Assembly: GCA_963675665.1 (NCBI GenBank)
Contig: OY776510.1
Location: 4,960,001-5,024,000 of the forward strand
Source: Spirochaetia bacterium
Lineage (GTDB): Bacteria > Spirochaetota > Spirochaetia > UBA9216
Length of the DNA stretch: 64,000 nt
Reading direction: 5' to 3'
A model generated the notes under the pieces. It was not told the origin of the DNA. It was given only the letters and a program-made list of their open reading frames with translations, and made no database searches. Made by a program: the position numbers and the translations under genes. Shown here piece after piece: positions 29,108 through 38,801 of the stretch (the stretch's first letter is position 1; every line of letters starts with the position of its first letter).

Positions 29108-30151
29108 TTACCTTGAAACCTGATTCGCCCAATAAGCTGGATTATCAACATTTGAAGCATCTACCGGAATAGTGCTCAGTAACAGGTTCAAACCGTACTC
29201 ACTGTCTTCTATAACAGCCGGGCTCCAGAATGCATCCGATTCGATTGTGTCGCCGGCTTTATATTCTTTGCCCTCAACAATCTGCTCGTAAGCAATCTGG
29301 ACGATTAGACCGAAGTCTGTAAGCGGCTGGTTAACTGTAGAAGCAACTTTCTTTTCTCTTATATAGTTGAACATAATTGTCGTCCCATCAATCCCACATG
29401 TATAGATATGACCCGCTGTATCAACTTTTTTCATATTGCCTGTAGATTCTATAACCGGAATTACGCCAGCACCGGTATAGTCGCTTGCATAATAAATTGC
29501 ATCGATATCTTCAGAAGAAAGAACATCCTGGGTAACTTCGCCTGCTGTAACCGGATCCCATTTGGTCGGTTTTTCAATCACTGTGATATTCGGATACTGG
29601 TCAACTGTAGAATGAAACCCATTTCTTCGCTCATGGGCTATGTCGGCTGTCATGTCTCCAAGCAGCTCAAGGATAGTTCCTTTCGGCTCGTTATAAATCT
29701 TTTTAAGGCCTTTTACCAGTTCTTCACCAGCCTGAGCGCCCGCCATGAAATTATCAGACATAACTGTAAACTGGATAGGCCCCTCAATACCTCTGTCTAC
29801 AGAATAGCACGGGATACCTGCAGCATCAGCCTTTTTAACTACTTCACCAACAGCTTTGCTGTCTGCCGGTACGATGATTATCGCATCCACATTCTGAGTT
29901 ATGTAGTTATCAATAACTCCGATCTGCTTCTGGGTATCTTCGTCACAATAATTCACTAAAAGCTTGATTCCAAGCTTCTCGGCATAATTCTTCATACCGA
30001 TTTCGATTGCCAGATGACTCTCCGCTTTAGGTGTCCAGCCGGCAAAGCCGAATGTGAGACCATCATCTGCACTGACTTCCTGTTTCCCTCCTGCAAACAA
30101 CGCAAAAGGAATAACAGCCAACACTAAAACAAGAACAACAATCTTTCTCAT
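29108..30151 (-). CDS. Sugar ABC transporter substrate-binding protein (RbsB-like)
   Basis: Signal ..FAGGKQE; DAIIIVP, VDR, DN, R..GF, GIDG, Q; GGAG RBS. Confidence 0.92.
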   Translation of the reverse strand: MRKIVVLVLVLAVIPFALFAGGKQEVSADDGLTFGFAGWTPKAESHLAIEIGMKNYAEKLGIKLLVNYCDEDTQKQIGVIDNYITQNVDAIIIVPADSKAVGEVVKKADAAGIPCYSVDRGIEGPIQFTVMSDNFMAGAQAGEELVKGLKKIYNEPKGTILELLGDMTADIAHERRNGFHSTVDQYPNITVIEKPTKWDPVTAGEVTQDVLSSEDIDAIYYASDYTGAGVIPVIESTGNMKKVDTAGHIYTCGIDGTTIMFNYIREKKVASTVNQPLTDFGLIVQIAYEQIVEGKEYKAGDTIESDAFWSPAVIEDSEYGLNLLLSTIPVDASNVDNPAYWANQVSR

Positions 30152-30202
30152 CTTAATTTTCTCCTTCAACCATAGTAAGTTGCTGTAATAGATTTAAAAA
30201 AT

Positions 30203-30249
30203 ATTATAATATTAATTTCTATTTTGTCAAATAAAATAATATTTTATTT
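30203..30249 (-). promoter_or_regulatory. Promoter of the sugar operon with adjacent palindrome
   Basis: TTGACA(30230-30225)-N16-TATAAT(30208-30203); AAATAAAAT-AAT-ATTTTATTT at 30229-30249 abuts the -35. Confidence 0.6.
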
Positions 30250-30383
30250 TATTCAGAAACAGGAAACAACGTGTAATAACATTAAATTTCGTTTTAAATT
30301 ATTAAAAAATACGAAAAATTGAAAAAAAAGGCTGTTCTATTATGTATAACAAAACAGCCCCGATTCAGTTTGATTTTAATATT

Positions 30384-30956
30384 TTATCTCTTTACTGCGT
30401 CAAGTTCACCATTAACAGTAAGAATGCTACCGCTTAAAGCCGCTTTTAGATTTCCTTTCCAGTAAAACATGGCTGATGGATCAGCAACATCTGCCTCGGT
30501 TTTTCCGTCGGTAACCTTCTGGAAAGTGCCATCGGTAAGACTGATATTTCCGTTTCGATCGGTTACTATCTTGTAAAGTGAACCCCGATGAGAATATTCA
30601 ATGGTAATAACGCCGTTTGAAGCCTTTGTTGCCTTGAGACCGTCATTCTTTGCCTGATCAGCTCCTGCAACTCCAAACAGGAAAAGACCTCTCAGGCCAT
30701 CCGGAAATACTTTCTTTCCTTCCACATCATTTCTGTAAGGCTGAAAAAGATGTGTTGAGCCTTTTAATGAAGCTGCAGAAACACCATCGTAATGGTCCTG
30801 CTCTACCGCCATATAGCGAATGGGACCGGTAAAAGTGAAGTAACTGCTCCTTGTTGCACCTGAGATATCTACCTTGAAATCAATTTTCAAATCCTGTGCA
30901 AAGGATCCGGCTGCCACAGCTATAATAAAGATAAGAATAAATACTAATTTACGCAT
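30384..30956 (-). CDS. Exported hypothetical protein
   Basis: GGGG RBS, signal peptide ending SFA|Q, downstream hairpin with T-run (~30325-30360). Confidence 0.7.
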   Translation of the reverse strand: MRKLVFILIFIIAVAAGSFAQDLKIDFKVDISGATRSSYFTFTGPIRYMAVEQDHYDGVSAASLKGSTHLFQPYRNDVEGKKVFPDGLRGLFLFGVAGADQAKNDGLKATKASNGVITIEYSHRGSLYKIVTDRNGNISLTDGTFQKVTDGKTEADVADPSAMFYWKGNLKAALSGSILTVNGELDAVKR

Positions 30957-31139
30957 ATTTTCCCCTTAATAATAGTATAGTAATATTATCAGGTATTATC
31001 GTTATTTAGTCAAATTAATATTGATAGAATGGTTAAACAATTACCAGACAACCCGGGAAATGAACTATTCCTTCCCGATACCGGGAAATTACAGTTATAA
31101 AATTTATATCCTTTGCATTCTATCTGTTATCCCAGTACT

Positions 31140-32300
31140 TTACCCTTTAAAATAATATTCGATTCTGTCGAAAGCCTTGTTTATCATTTCTTCGGGTACG
31201 CAGAACGACATTCTGATATGCCCCTCGCCCGTCGGGCCGAAAGCAACGCCAGGGGTTGTGGACACCCGGACCTTATCCAGAAGCTTTCTGCAGAATTCGA
31301 AAGAGTTCTTTCCCTCTTCTCCGAGGACCTTCGGAAACATCAGGTACGAGCCCTCGGGTTTTACATATTCGAAACGGGAGCTCAGCCGATCAAGCCTTTC
31401 GCACATCAGGTCCCTGGATTCCTGATAATGGAGCCTGAACTCTTCAACACATTCCTGGCTGCCCTGAAGCGCCGCAATTGCCGCGTATTGGGAAGCAACC
31501 GGTGCGCAGATTGAGAAAGGAATATGGGCCTTTTTAATCTGAGTGATATTCTGAGCCGCCGAATGAAGATACCCTACTCGCCATCCCGTCATAGCGTACG
31601 TTTTAGTGAAGGTATAATTCGTGACTACATGGTCTTTCATCCCGGGAATTGACGCAATACTGAAATGTTTTTTACCGTCGAAGGTAAAATATTCATACGC
31701 CTCGTCGGTAATGATGGTCAGATTATTTTTCAACGCTATTTCAGCCAGTTCCCGAAGTTCGGCTTCAGAGAAAACGGTGCCCGTCGGATTACTCGGCGTG
31801 CAGAACATTACGGCCTTTGTTTTACTTGTGATTGCCTTTTTGATTGCATCAAAATCCAGTTTGTAATTATTCTTTTCCTGCAGCGGAACAAGCACCGGAG
31901 TTCCCGATGCAAGCCTTACCTGCGTGATGTGCGTCGAATAGGTCGGCGTAGGCAGGATAACCTCATCGCCCGGATCGATCACGGCCATGACCGACGCCAT
32001 CAGGCCTTCGACCGCCCCAACGGTAACAAGCAGTTCATCCGGGGCCGCTGAAATACTGTTATCGCGTTTAAGTTTTTTAACTATTTCGGCTCTCAATTCA
32101 GGCAAACCGTCGCTTTGCGAGTACCCGCCCGTAAGGCCCTTTTCTATAGCCTCAATTACCCCGTCGTTAATGTGTTTCGGGGTGCCTGATGTAGGTTTCG
32201 CCCATGAAAGAAACGCCACATCTTCATATTGTTTTGATAGTCTTGTCATCTCGTGGATTGCCGACTTGGAAATTTGTTCAACACGGTTTGAAATATTCAT
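31140..32300 (-). CDS. PLP-dependent class I/II aminotransferase
   Basis: PSNPTG, DEAY, TKTYAMTGWRVG, R(MS)F. Confidence 0.93.
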   Translation of the reverse strand: MNISNRVEQISKSAIHEMTRLSKQYEDVAFLSWAKPTSGTPKHINDGVIEAIEKGLTGGYSQSDGLPELRAEIVKKLKRDNSISAAPDELLVTVGAVEGLMASVMAVIDPGDEVILPTPTYSTHITQVRLASGTPVLVPLQEKNNYKLDFDAIKKAITSKTKAVMFCTPSNPTGTVFSEAELRELAEIALKNNLTIITDEAYEYFTFDGKKHFSIASIPGMKDHVVTNYTFTKTYAMTGWRVGYLHSAAQNITQIKKAHIPFSICAPVASQYAAIAALQGSQECVEEFRLHYQESRDLMCERLDRLSSRFEYVKPEGSYLMFPKVLGEEGKNSFEFCRKLLDKVRVSTTPGVAFGPTGEGHIRMSFCVPEEMINKAFDRIEYYFKG

Positions 32301-32387
32301 AATACCAAAGTTTAACATAAAAGGGTAAATTTAGCGACACCAAAACAAGTAAGGAAAGGCTTATTCAACAGCAACAACAGCAGTAAA

Positions 32388-32417
32388 CAAAAAGACCGGG
32401 GGAAGTATCCCCGGCCC
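32388..32417 (-). terminator. Rho-independent terminator of the lipoprotein gene
   Basis: CCGGGG-loop-CCCCGG stem followed by TTTTT on the minus strand. Confidence 0.7.
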
Positions 32418-32422
32418 TATTT

Positions 32423-33733
32423 TTATTGTGCCGGCGGCGGCGGGAATTCATCCATATCGTCGTAAGATATATCGAGAGTTTCGCTTGCGTCGACGGACAG
32501 GTCAACCGGATATGAAGCGGCATGCCTGGGCGCCGGGGTTGCCGGCGGATCATTGGTCTCCGGATCGTTGTCACCGTCGACGTTGCCGTCGATATAGATG
32601 TACAGATCATAACCTGTTCCGCCCGTGCCTATCCACTCTGTGCCGTTTCCGAACCAGGTACTTCCATCGGATTCTTCCAGAGTAAAAGACGCGGTCCCGC
32701 CGCTTATTTCAATCTGGTTGGTTGCAATAAGCAATGCCGGATTGTCGAAAACAGTCTCGCCATCTGCAAAGAGAAACGCATACAGTCCCTGCGTGTCCGC
32801 CGCGGAAGCCCCGGTAAGGCTTACGGTTATCTTTCCGTCATGCGGGCCGGCGGTATATTCGACCATATCGCTATAGGCCAGGGCTATTGAGTTGATATCA
32901 TCAATTTCAACAACCATAGGGTACGTACTCGTTTTCATCGGCATGGGGACACCGGATGAAGTCTCAGGATCGTAATCGCCGTCGTCGTTGCCGTCGGTAT
33001 AGATATACAGATCATAGTTTGTGCCGCCTGTGCCGACCCAGTCGGTGCCGTTTCCGAACCAGGCGCCGTCGGATTCTTCGAGGGTAAAAGACGCTGTACC
33101 GCCGCTTATTGTGACCTGGTTTGTGGCGATAAGCTTGTCGGGATTGTTAAGATCAGTTTCATCTTCTGCATAAAGATAAGCGTAAAATACCTGTGTATCC
33201 GCTGCTGAAGCGCCGCTTAACGACATAGTAAGGGTTCCATCGGAAAAACCGTAATCATAATCAACCATATCGGAATAAGCCACGGCAACCGTCTGCGCGT
33301 CCGCGATTGTTACAACCACGGGGTAAGGACTCGTCATTTTGGGGACGGGAGAGCCGGAATGCGTATCGGGCTCATTATCGCCGTCGGCATTTGCGTCGGT
33401 GTAAATGTAAACGTCATAGCTGATGCCGGCCGTGCCGAGCCAGTCGGTACCGTTTCCCTGCCAGGCGCCATTTGTTACCTGAAGCACAAAGGCGGCCGCT
33501 CCTCCGCTGATTGTCGCTTTGTTGGTTGCGAGAAGTTTGGCGGGATTTCCCAAATCGGTTTCGCCATTTGCGTAAAGGTAAGCATAAAGCGACTGGGAGT
33601 CCGCTGAGGATGCGCCGGTCAGAACAACAGAAACAGTGCCGTCCGCGGGAGTTTCATCGCAGCCGAAATAGAACACGGTAAAAAGAACAGTAAAGACAAC
33701 AGATAAAACTCCGACAAGAATCTTTTTTTTCAT
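32423..33733 (-). CDS. Acidic lipoprotein with three ~130-aa tandem repeats
   Basis: AAGGAG RBS, lipobox FYFG|C; each repeat reads DG..SLTGASAAD.Q..YAYL...GNGTDW.GT.G..YD.YIY.D.N.DGD..P. Confidence 0.85.
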   Translation of the reverse strand: MKKKILVGVLSVVFTVLFTVFYFGCDETPADGTVSVVLTGASSADSQSLYAYLYANGETDLGNPAKLLATNKATISGGAAAFVLQVTNGAWQGNGTDWLGTAGISYDVYIYTDANADGDNEPDTHSGSPVPKMTSPYPVVVTIADAQTVAVAYSDMVDYDYGFSDGTLTMSLSGASAADTQVFYAYLYAEDETDLNNPDKLIATNQVTISGGTASFTLEESDGAWFGNGTDWVGTGGTNYDLYIYTDGNDDGDYDPETSSGVPMPMKTSTYPMVVEIDDINSIALAYSDMVEYTAGPHDGKITVSLTGASAADTQGLYAFLFADGETVFDNPALLIATNQIEISGGTASFTLEESDGSTWFGNGTEWIGTGGTGYDLYIYIDGNVDGDNDPETNDPPATPAPRHAASYPVDLSVDASETLDISYDDMDEFPPPPAQ

Positions 33734-33754
33734 AAAAATCTCCTTATGGAATTT

Positions 33755-33903
33755 GGGAACCTCTAATAACCCTAAATTGGGCTTATTTGAGGTTTGAAAC
33801 ACTTTGTGTTTCCGGGAGTTTACTTATTTCCTTATCAGGAAATAAGTAAACATCCACTAAATCTAAGGTCGGCTTCTAAAAACTGCAGTTTTTAGAAGTC
33901 CCC
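33755..33903. mobile_element. MITE-like element copy B (intact, empty IS target)
   Basis: Imperfect 16-bp TIRs GGGAACCTCTAATAAC / GTTTTTAGAAGTCCCC (13/16); body aligns with 23003-23156; no ORF of its own. Confidence 0.85.
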
Positions 33904-33923
33904 TTATATCAATACTCACGGAA

Positions 33924-36434
33924 TCACTTCAGGAGTTCCCACCAGTAAACATCTCCGGAGTAATAAATTCCGCCGATTGCGTCCGTAGTGCCGTCGCCGT
34001 CGACATCCTCTGCGGCCACTCCCCAGGGCTGATCATAGGATGAGCCGCTGGCGAAGGTCCTCCTGGTCCATGACGGATTCAAGCCGCCCTCATTGGCCCA
34101 CCACGCAATGTAATCGCTGTCGTTGGAAGAACAGATGACATCCATGTCGCCGTCGAAGTCCAGGTCAGCCGCGCATCCACCTTTGGGATCGTTTACGGAA
34201 TCTATTAGACGCTGAGTAAAAGTCCCCGAACCGTTGTTGTCGCACCATGTAAAGTTGTCGTCGTTCTCATAAGCCGTAAGAACATCAATGTCCCCGTCGC
34301 CGTTTATATCCCCGGCAAACACGAAATTCGGCGCGTCGCCTGTTGCAATACCCTGACGCGCCCCGAAGCTTCCGCTGCCGTTGTTGGCCCACCATGATAC
34401 GATATCCCCGCCCCAGGCGCAGGCGATGATATCGGGATATGTGTCCCCGTTCACGTCGCCGGTGCAGACGTCCCGGGCATAGCTGAAACTGCCGTCGATA
34501 ATCACCTCGGAACCGAAGGTCCCGTTTCCGTTATTAAGCCAGAGAGATACCTTGTTGTCGGTCTGGGAGGTGCCCATGATATCGGGACAGCTGTCCCCGT
34601 TCACGTCCGCCGCATGCACCGAGGTGCCCATCTGGAAAGTAGTGAATGACAGGGTCGTAGCGGTCCATGATGTACCGGCGCCGTTGCTGTTTATGTAGTA
34701 CCTTATGGTATTGGCGCTTCCATAGACACCGGCTGCGTCCATATCTCCGTCCTGGTCGAAGTCGGCGGCGCAGATGTCGTTCGCGCCGCTGCCGGTTCCT
34801 ATCTGGTGTTCCGACCAGGAGGTCCCGGCCCCGTTAACATTCTCAAACCAGCTTACCTTGTTATAGTTTGTAGCCGCCGCAAGGATATCCGTGTTCCCGT
34901 CGCCGTCCATATCCGCAGCGGCCACGCCTTTAGCGCCGGAAAATCCCAGCGGGTTCACCTGGTGCGCCGCAGGCGCGGGAAAATCAGTGGAAATATATGA
35001 GTACTTAGTCTCCGTATCGGTTCCGCCGTCGCCGGAAACTGTAAGTCCGACACTGTAGGTGCCGGGGGTCCCGAAAACCCAGGCCGGGCTTTGTTCGGTG
35101 GAATCCGTTGTGCCGTCGTCGTCGAAATCCCATTCCCAAGTATCAATGGTGCCCGTAGACTGGTCGGTAAAATTAACCGAAAGACGGGCTTCGCCTGAGG
35201 TAACATCTGCTGTAAAACCCGCTACGGCCGGTTCGTAAACGTCAATGTAGCCGGTCTTAACCAGTTCATCGCTTCCGTAACTGTTTGTAACCGCGAGGCT
35301 GACGGTGTAGGAACCTTCCGCTGAGAAATCATGCTCGAAGCCCTGGGCCGTACCCTCGATTGTTCCGTCGTCACCGATATCCCAGGCCCAGGCGGTGATG
35401 CCCGCCCCGGACGAATCGTCGGTAAAGGTTACATGCAGGTCAGGATTCGCCAGACCTGATGTAACATCGGCATGAAAAGCGGCCACAGGGGTACCGATGA
35501 CTACATAATCCGTTTTAATAATCTCATCGATCCCCGAAGAACCCGAAACCTTAAGCCGTACATCGTAGATGCCCGCGGTATTGTAGGGCCAATTATGCGG
35601 GCCTATACCTGTAACATCAATATTATCATCATTGTCGAAATCCCATTCCCAGGTCGTAATATTGCCGGTTGACAGATTGGTAAACGCGACGGTAGTCCCT
35701 ACAGGGCCTTCCGTGATATCTGCGGAAAAATTGGCCACAGGCACGTCTACGGCTATATACTGGGTTTTAACTTCCTCGTCGACCCCTCCCGGGCCGGAAA
35801 CTCTTAACCTGACGGTATAAAGTCCGGAGGTAGTATAGTTATACGAAGGGTTCTGCTCATAGGAATCAACGGCCGCGTTATTGTCGAAGTCCCACTCCCA
35901 GGTTGTAATATCGCCGGTGGACTGATCAGTAAACTGAACGATCAGCGGCGAAGTCCCCCCGGTTTTATCGGAGGTAAAAGCGGCAACCGGGACCTGGGAT
36001 TCGGCTGTAACAGTAATCTCCGTTGAAAACAGGGATTCGCCGTTTTCGTTATAGGCGCTTATCCGGTAATAGTATTGCGTACCGGGCGATATGTCCGTAT
36101 CGATGTAAGACAGATCGTTAAGATCTGTTATCGCGGCAAGAAGCTCCCATTCTCCCGTTTCCCCAACTTTTTTGTAGATATTGAAACCCTCTGCATAAAG
36201 GGCCTTGTTTACCCACTCGAGTTTTACCGATTCATGGGTAACAACCGCAGCTTCAAGGTTTACAGGCAGGACAGGCACAGCCGTTTCGACATTATTGGGA
36301 TCAGTTTCCGCTTCATAATCAGGGTCTGTGGGGTTCCAGCGGCCGATAGGCTCAAGAACGCCGTCACAGGCGAAAAAAATTAAAAAAACCAATACAACTG
36401 CTATTCCCGGAAGAAACTGTTTTTGCTTCATCAT
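33924..36434 (-). CDS. Surface lipoprotein: FN3 + four PKD domains + FG-GAP/VCBS repeats
   Basis: Lipobox FFA|C; YYYRISAYN FN3; repeated FTD.STG.I..W.WDFD PKD; repeated D.DGDG..D calcium blades. Confidence 0.9.
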   Translation of the reverse strand: MMKQKQFLPGIAVVLVFLIFFACDGVLEPIGRWNPTDPDYEAETDPNNVETAVPVLPVNLEAAVVTHESVKLEWVNKALYAEGFNIYKKVGETGEWELLAAITDLNDLSYIDTDISPGTQYYYRISAYNENGESLFSTEITVTAESQVPVAAFTSDKTGGTSPLIVQFTDQSTGDITTWEWDFDNNAAVDSYEQNPSYNYTTSGLYTVRLRVSGPGGVDEEVKTQYIAVDVPVANFSADITEGPVGTTVAFTNLSTGNITTWEWDFDNDDNIDVTGIGPHNWPYNTAGIYDVRLKVSGSSGIDEIIKTDYVVIGTPVAAFHADVTSGLANPDLHVTFTDDSSGAGITAWAWDIGDDGTIEGTAQGFEHDFSAEGSYTVSLAVTNSYGSDELVKTGYIDVYEPAVAGFTADVTSGEARLSVNFTDQSTGTIDTWEWDFDDDGTTDSTEQSPAWVFGTPGTYSVGLTVSGDGGTDTETKYSYISTDFPAPAAHQVNPLGFSGAKGVAAADMDGDGNTDILAAATNYNKVSWFENVNGAGTSWSEHQIGTGSGANDICAADFDQDGDMDAAGVYGSANTIRYYINSNGAGTSWTATTLSFTTFQMGTSVHAADVNGDSCPDIMGTSQTDNKVSLWLNNGNGTFGSEVIIDGSFSYARDVCTGDVNGDTYPDIIACAWGGDIVSWWANNGSGSFGARQGIATGDAPNFVFAGDINGDGDIDVLTAYENDDNFTWCDNNGSGTFTQRLIDSVNDPKGGCAADLDFDGDMDVICSSNDSDYIAWWANEGGLNPSWTRRTFASGSSYDQPWGVAAEDVDGDGTTDAIGGIYYSGDVYWWELLK

Positions 36435-37306
36435 CTTCCCCCCTGGTAATTGACATGCACCGCTATCCGGGCGGCGCCCGGCGCCGGCAGCACGGAAAAA
36501 CTTACCCTGGGAGCTTTCTCTTTTTCAGGCGCCAGAAAGAAAACCGATGCCCCCATGGCTGCTGCCCCTGCTCCTGTAATTATCGCGGCCGTTACCAGCT
36601 TTCCCGTGAATTCCTTCTGCAGGCTGATGTAATCTGAATACAGGGCCTCATGATCGTCGCCCTCCACCGCTGCCAGGTAAGCCGTTTTTGACGACTCTAC
36701 CGTTTCCGAATTAAAAGCAAAGGCCGCATACAGCAGGTATCCGCCTATTCCGGCGGTTACCGCTCCAGCGCCAAGAACGGAATAGCCGATTACTTTCCGG
36801 GATTCCGGTTTTTTCTCCGCCGTTTGAGGTGTATCCGCTACCGGTTCTATCCCTGCAAGCCGGCAGCTGAACGGATAGATATCTCCAAGAAGGCTGTCAA
36901 TATCATTATATATCCCGTCGGCGGACCCGATTCTCCGGGAGGTGGAAGTCTCGAGCATTTTTGCGCTCAAAACGTATTTTGTTCCCACCATTCGAAGACT
37001 GCCTGTAACGATCAACTCGGCGGACAGCAGCTTTCCTACCTCCAGCTGACATGATTCGTCGGTACAGCCTGTAAGGGAAAACTCTATTTCCTTAAGAATG
37101 GTGTCCCTTTCGGCCACGTCGATAACCGTGAAAGAACCTGTCTGAAAAAGAGATGAGGACAATAGAGAGATGACGGACAGCATTTCATTTTCCGACACGC
37201 CGTTGGTTTCGAAGTCCATGACCGTGACAATGGGCTGTCCGGTCTGTGCGGGCAAAGACATTACAACCAGGACTGACATAATCAATGCTAGAAGCGAATA
37301 TTTCAC
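36431..37306 (-). CDS. CsgG/TolB_N-like exported protein with C-terminal TM segments
   Basis: Signal peptide; ER..IL.E..F...GC.DESC...VGKLL.A; overlaps the start of the next gene. Confidence 0.75.
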   Translation of the reverse strand: MKYSLLALIMSVLVVMSLPAQTGQPIVTVMDFETNGVSENEMLSVISLLSSSLFQTGSFTVIDVAERDTILKEIEFSLTGCTDESCQLEVGKLLSAELIVTGSLRMVGTKYVLSAKMLETSTSRRIGSADGIYNDIDSLLGDIYPFSCRLAGIEPVADTPQTAEKKPESRKVIGYSVLGAGAVTAGIGGYLLYAAFAFNSETVESSKTAYLAAVEGDDHEALYSDYISLQKEFTGKLVTAAIITGAGAAAMGASVFFLAPEKEKAPRVSFSVLPAPGAARIAVHVNYQGGR

Positions 37307-37461
37307 TTTTAACTCCCGTGTTGTTATATATCCAGTATGCCACACCCGCTATGTTTTTTCCAGTTTTTCTTTACAGGTGCAATAACCCCGTATTGTTAAA
37401 GCTCCGATTAATATTAACAGCATTCAATATATAAATTTGACAGCACCTGTAAAACATAAAT

Positions 37462-38232
37462 CTATTGCATGCACCTTGCTTCTTCAATTTCGATACACAA
37501 ATCCTCTACAAACCTTGCTGCGGGAGCTCCGTCGACAATGTCATGATCAAACGAAACCGTTAAATGCAGTTTTCCTGCGCCCTGACCTGTTTTTTCAGTA
37601 CTTGTTGTTCCAACTGAAAGTAAAATGGTCGCGCTGCCATGAGGCAAAATCCACATGGGCCTTGTTGCAAACATTCCAACAGACGTTATTGCAAGTTTTC
37701 CGTATCTTATTCCCATTCCGATATTCTGATCAGCCATTCTGACGAATGTTTTAAGCAGCCGGCCGGGAATAAATTTAAAATACCACGCATTACTTAGATC
37801 ACCCAAAGACCTTCCATTATTACTTTTGTCTTTTGCAATTCTGATTTCATCGGCAATCTCCAACGGCGACTTCCGATCAACATTGTGCATCACCATAGGT
37901 TCCGGGACGGATACTCCGTCTATATTTCTTTCCATAAGGATACTGACGGCAATATCATCAAGAAAAATCTGTTTTCCGTGTGCAATAAATGAGTTCATCC
38001 ATTTATGTTTTTCAACAGTTGATGCAAATGATTTTGTTAGGTAAGTCGTCATTGAAACATGACGCCCGTCTCTTTTAAGAGTCTCCATCTTCCCGACTGC
38101 ATTTGTAATATCAACTTCGGTCATGAAATGAATTGTATTTTTATTCCCTGAAACTGTGGCGGAAGCATTTACCGCCTTTCTCAGAAAACTTAAAGGAACA
38201 ATTTTGACTTTTTTATTATGCGAGGAAAACAT
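37462..38232 (-). CDS. Stand-alone 2-oxoacid dehydrogenase acyltransferase catalytic-domain protein
   Basis: EVDIT, FDHDIVDGAPAARF (HxxxDG); no lipoyl domain. Confidence 0.85.
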   Translation of the reverse strand: MFSSHNKKVKIVPLSFLRKAVNASATVSGNKNTIHFMTEVDITNAVGKMETLKRDGRHVSMTTYLTKSFASTVEKHKWMNSFIAHGKQIFLDDIAVSILMERNIDGVSVPEPMVMHNVDRKSPLEIADEIRIAKDKSNNGRSLGDLSNAWYFKFIPGRLLKTFVRMADQNIGMGIRYGKLAITSVGMFATRPMWILPHGSATILLSVGTTSTEKTGQGAGKLHLTVSFDHDIVDGAPAARFVEDLCIEIEEARCMQ

Positions 38233-38341
38233 ATTCACTCCTTCCAAATAAAGCGGACCGCAAATTGCCCTCCCGCCGAATGCCCGTAAAGGCTGATCCG
38301 CTCATTGACGGCAGCCGGCATTCAATGCAGAAAAATAAATA

Positions 38342-38776
38342 TTACACTTTGTCGAAAGGCTTCCTGATAATCATCATTGTAGCGCTGCTGCGTGAAATTT
38401 TCCTGCCGTCCTTATCGCTGACAACGGTATCCACTATAATAAGCTGCCTGCCTTTTTTAAAAACAGTAGCCTCCGCGACAAGTTTTCCTTCCGCCGCCAT
38501 TGACAGAAAATTATTTTTAAGCTCAATAGTCGTAACACTTTCGCCCGGTTTAAGCAAAGTCATTGCGGCATGCGCGGCAACCTCGCTGGAGAAGGCTATT
38601 GAAAGTCCTCCCTGCATTATTCCGGCACCCTGAAGAAATTCCGGACGGATATCCAGACTGAAAGAAGCATAACCTTCTCCCAACTCTTCCAGCTGCATTC
38701 CAAGAAAATACAGAAAAGGGTTATCAACTTTTTCTCCCGACTCAAGCTTCTTTAAATATTCCGTAAAATCAGCCAT
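38342..38776 (-). CDS. PaaI-family thioesterase
   Basis: G.MQGG, TIELK.NFL hotdog-fold motifs. Confidence 0.88.
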   Translation of the reverse strand: MADFTEYLKKLESGEKVDNPFLYFLGMQLEELGEGYASFSLDIRPEFLQGAGIMQGGLSIAFSSEVAAHAAMTLLKPGESVTTIELKNNFLSMAAEGKLVAEATVFKKGRQLIIVDTVVSDKDGRKISRSSATMMIIRKPFDKV

Positions 38777-38801
38777 TTAATAACCCCTATATTTTAAATT
38801 A

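Noticed and set aside
32365-32610. 81-aa ORF ending in YCCCC
   Set aside because: It is an alternative frame of the lipoprotein end, crossing its terminator and a short CAA/CAG run.
33734-33802. N-terminal extension of the repeat lipoprotein shown in the ORF track
   Set aside because: The extension runs into the MITE; the RBS and signal peptide point to ATG33733.
21499-33903. Composite transposon bounded by the two MITE copies
   Set aside because: Copy A has its own TTAA/TTAA flanks, and the outer flanks (TTAA versus TTAT) do not match. Independent insertions are the simpler explanation.
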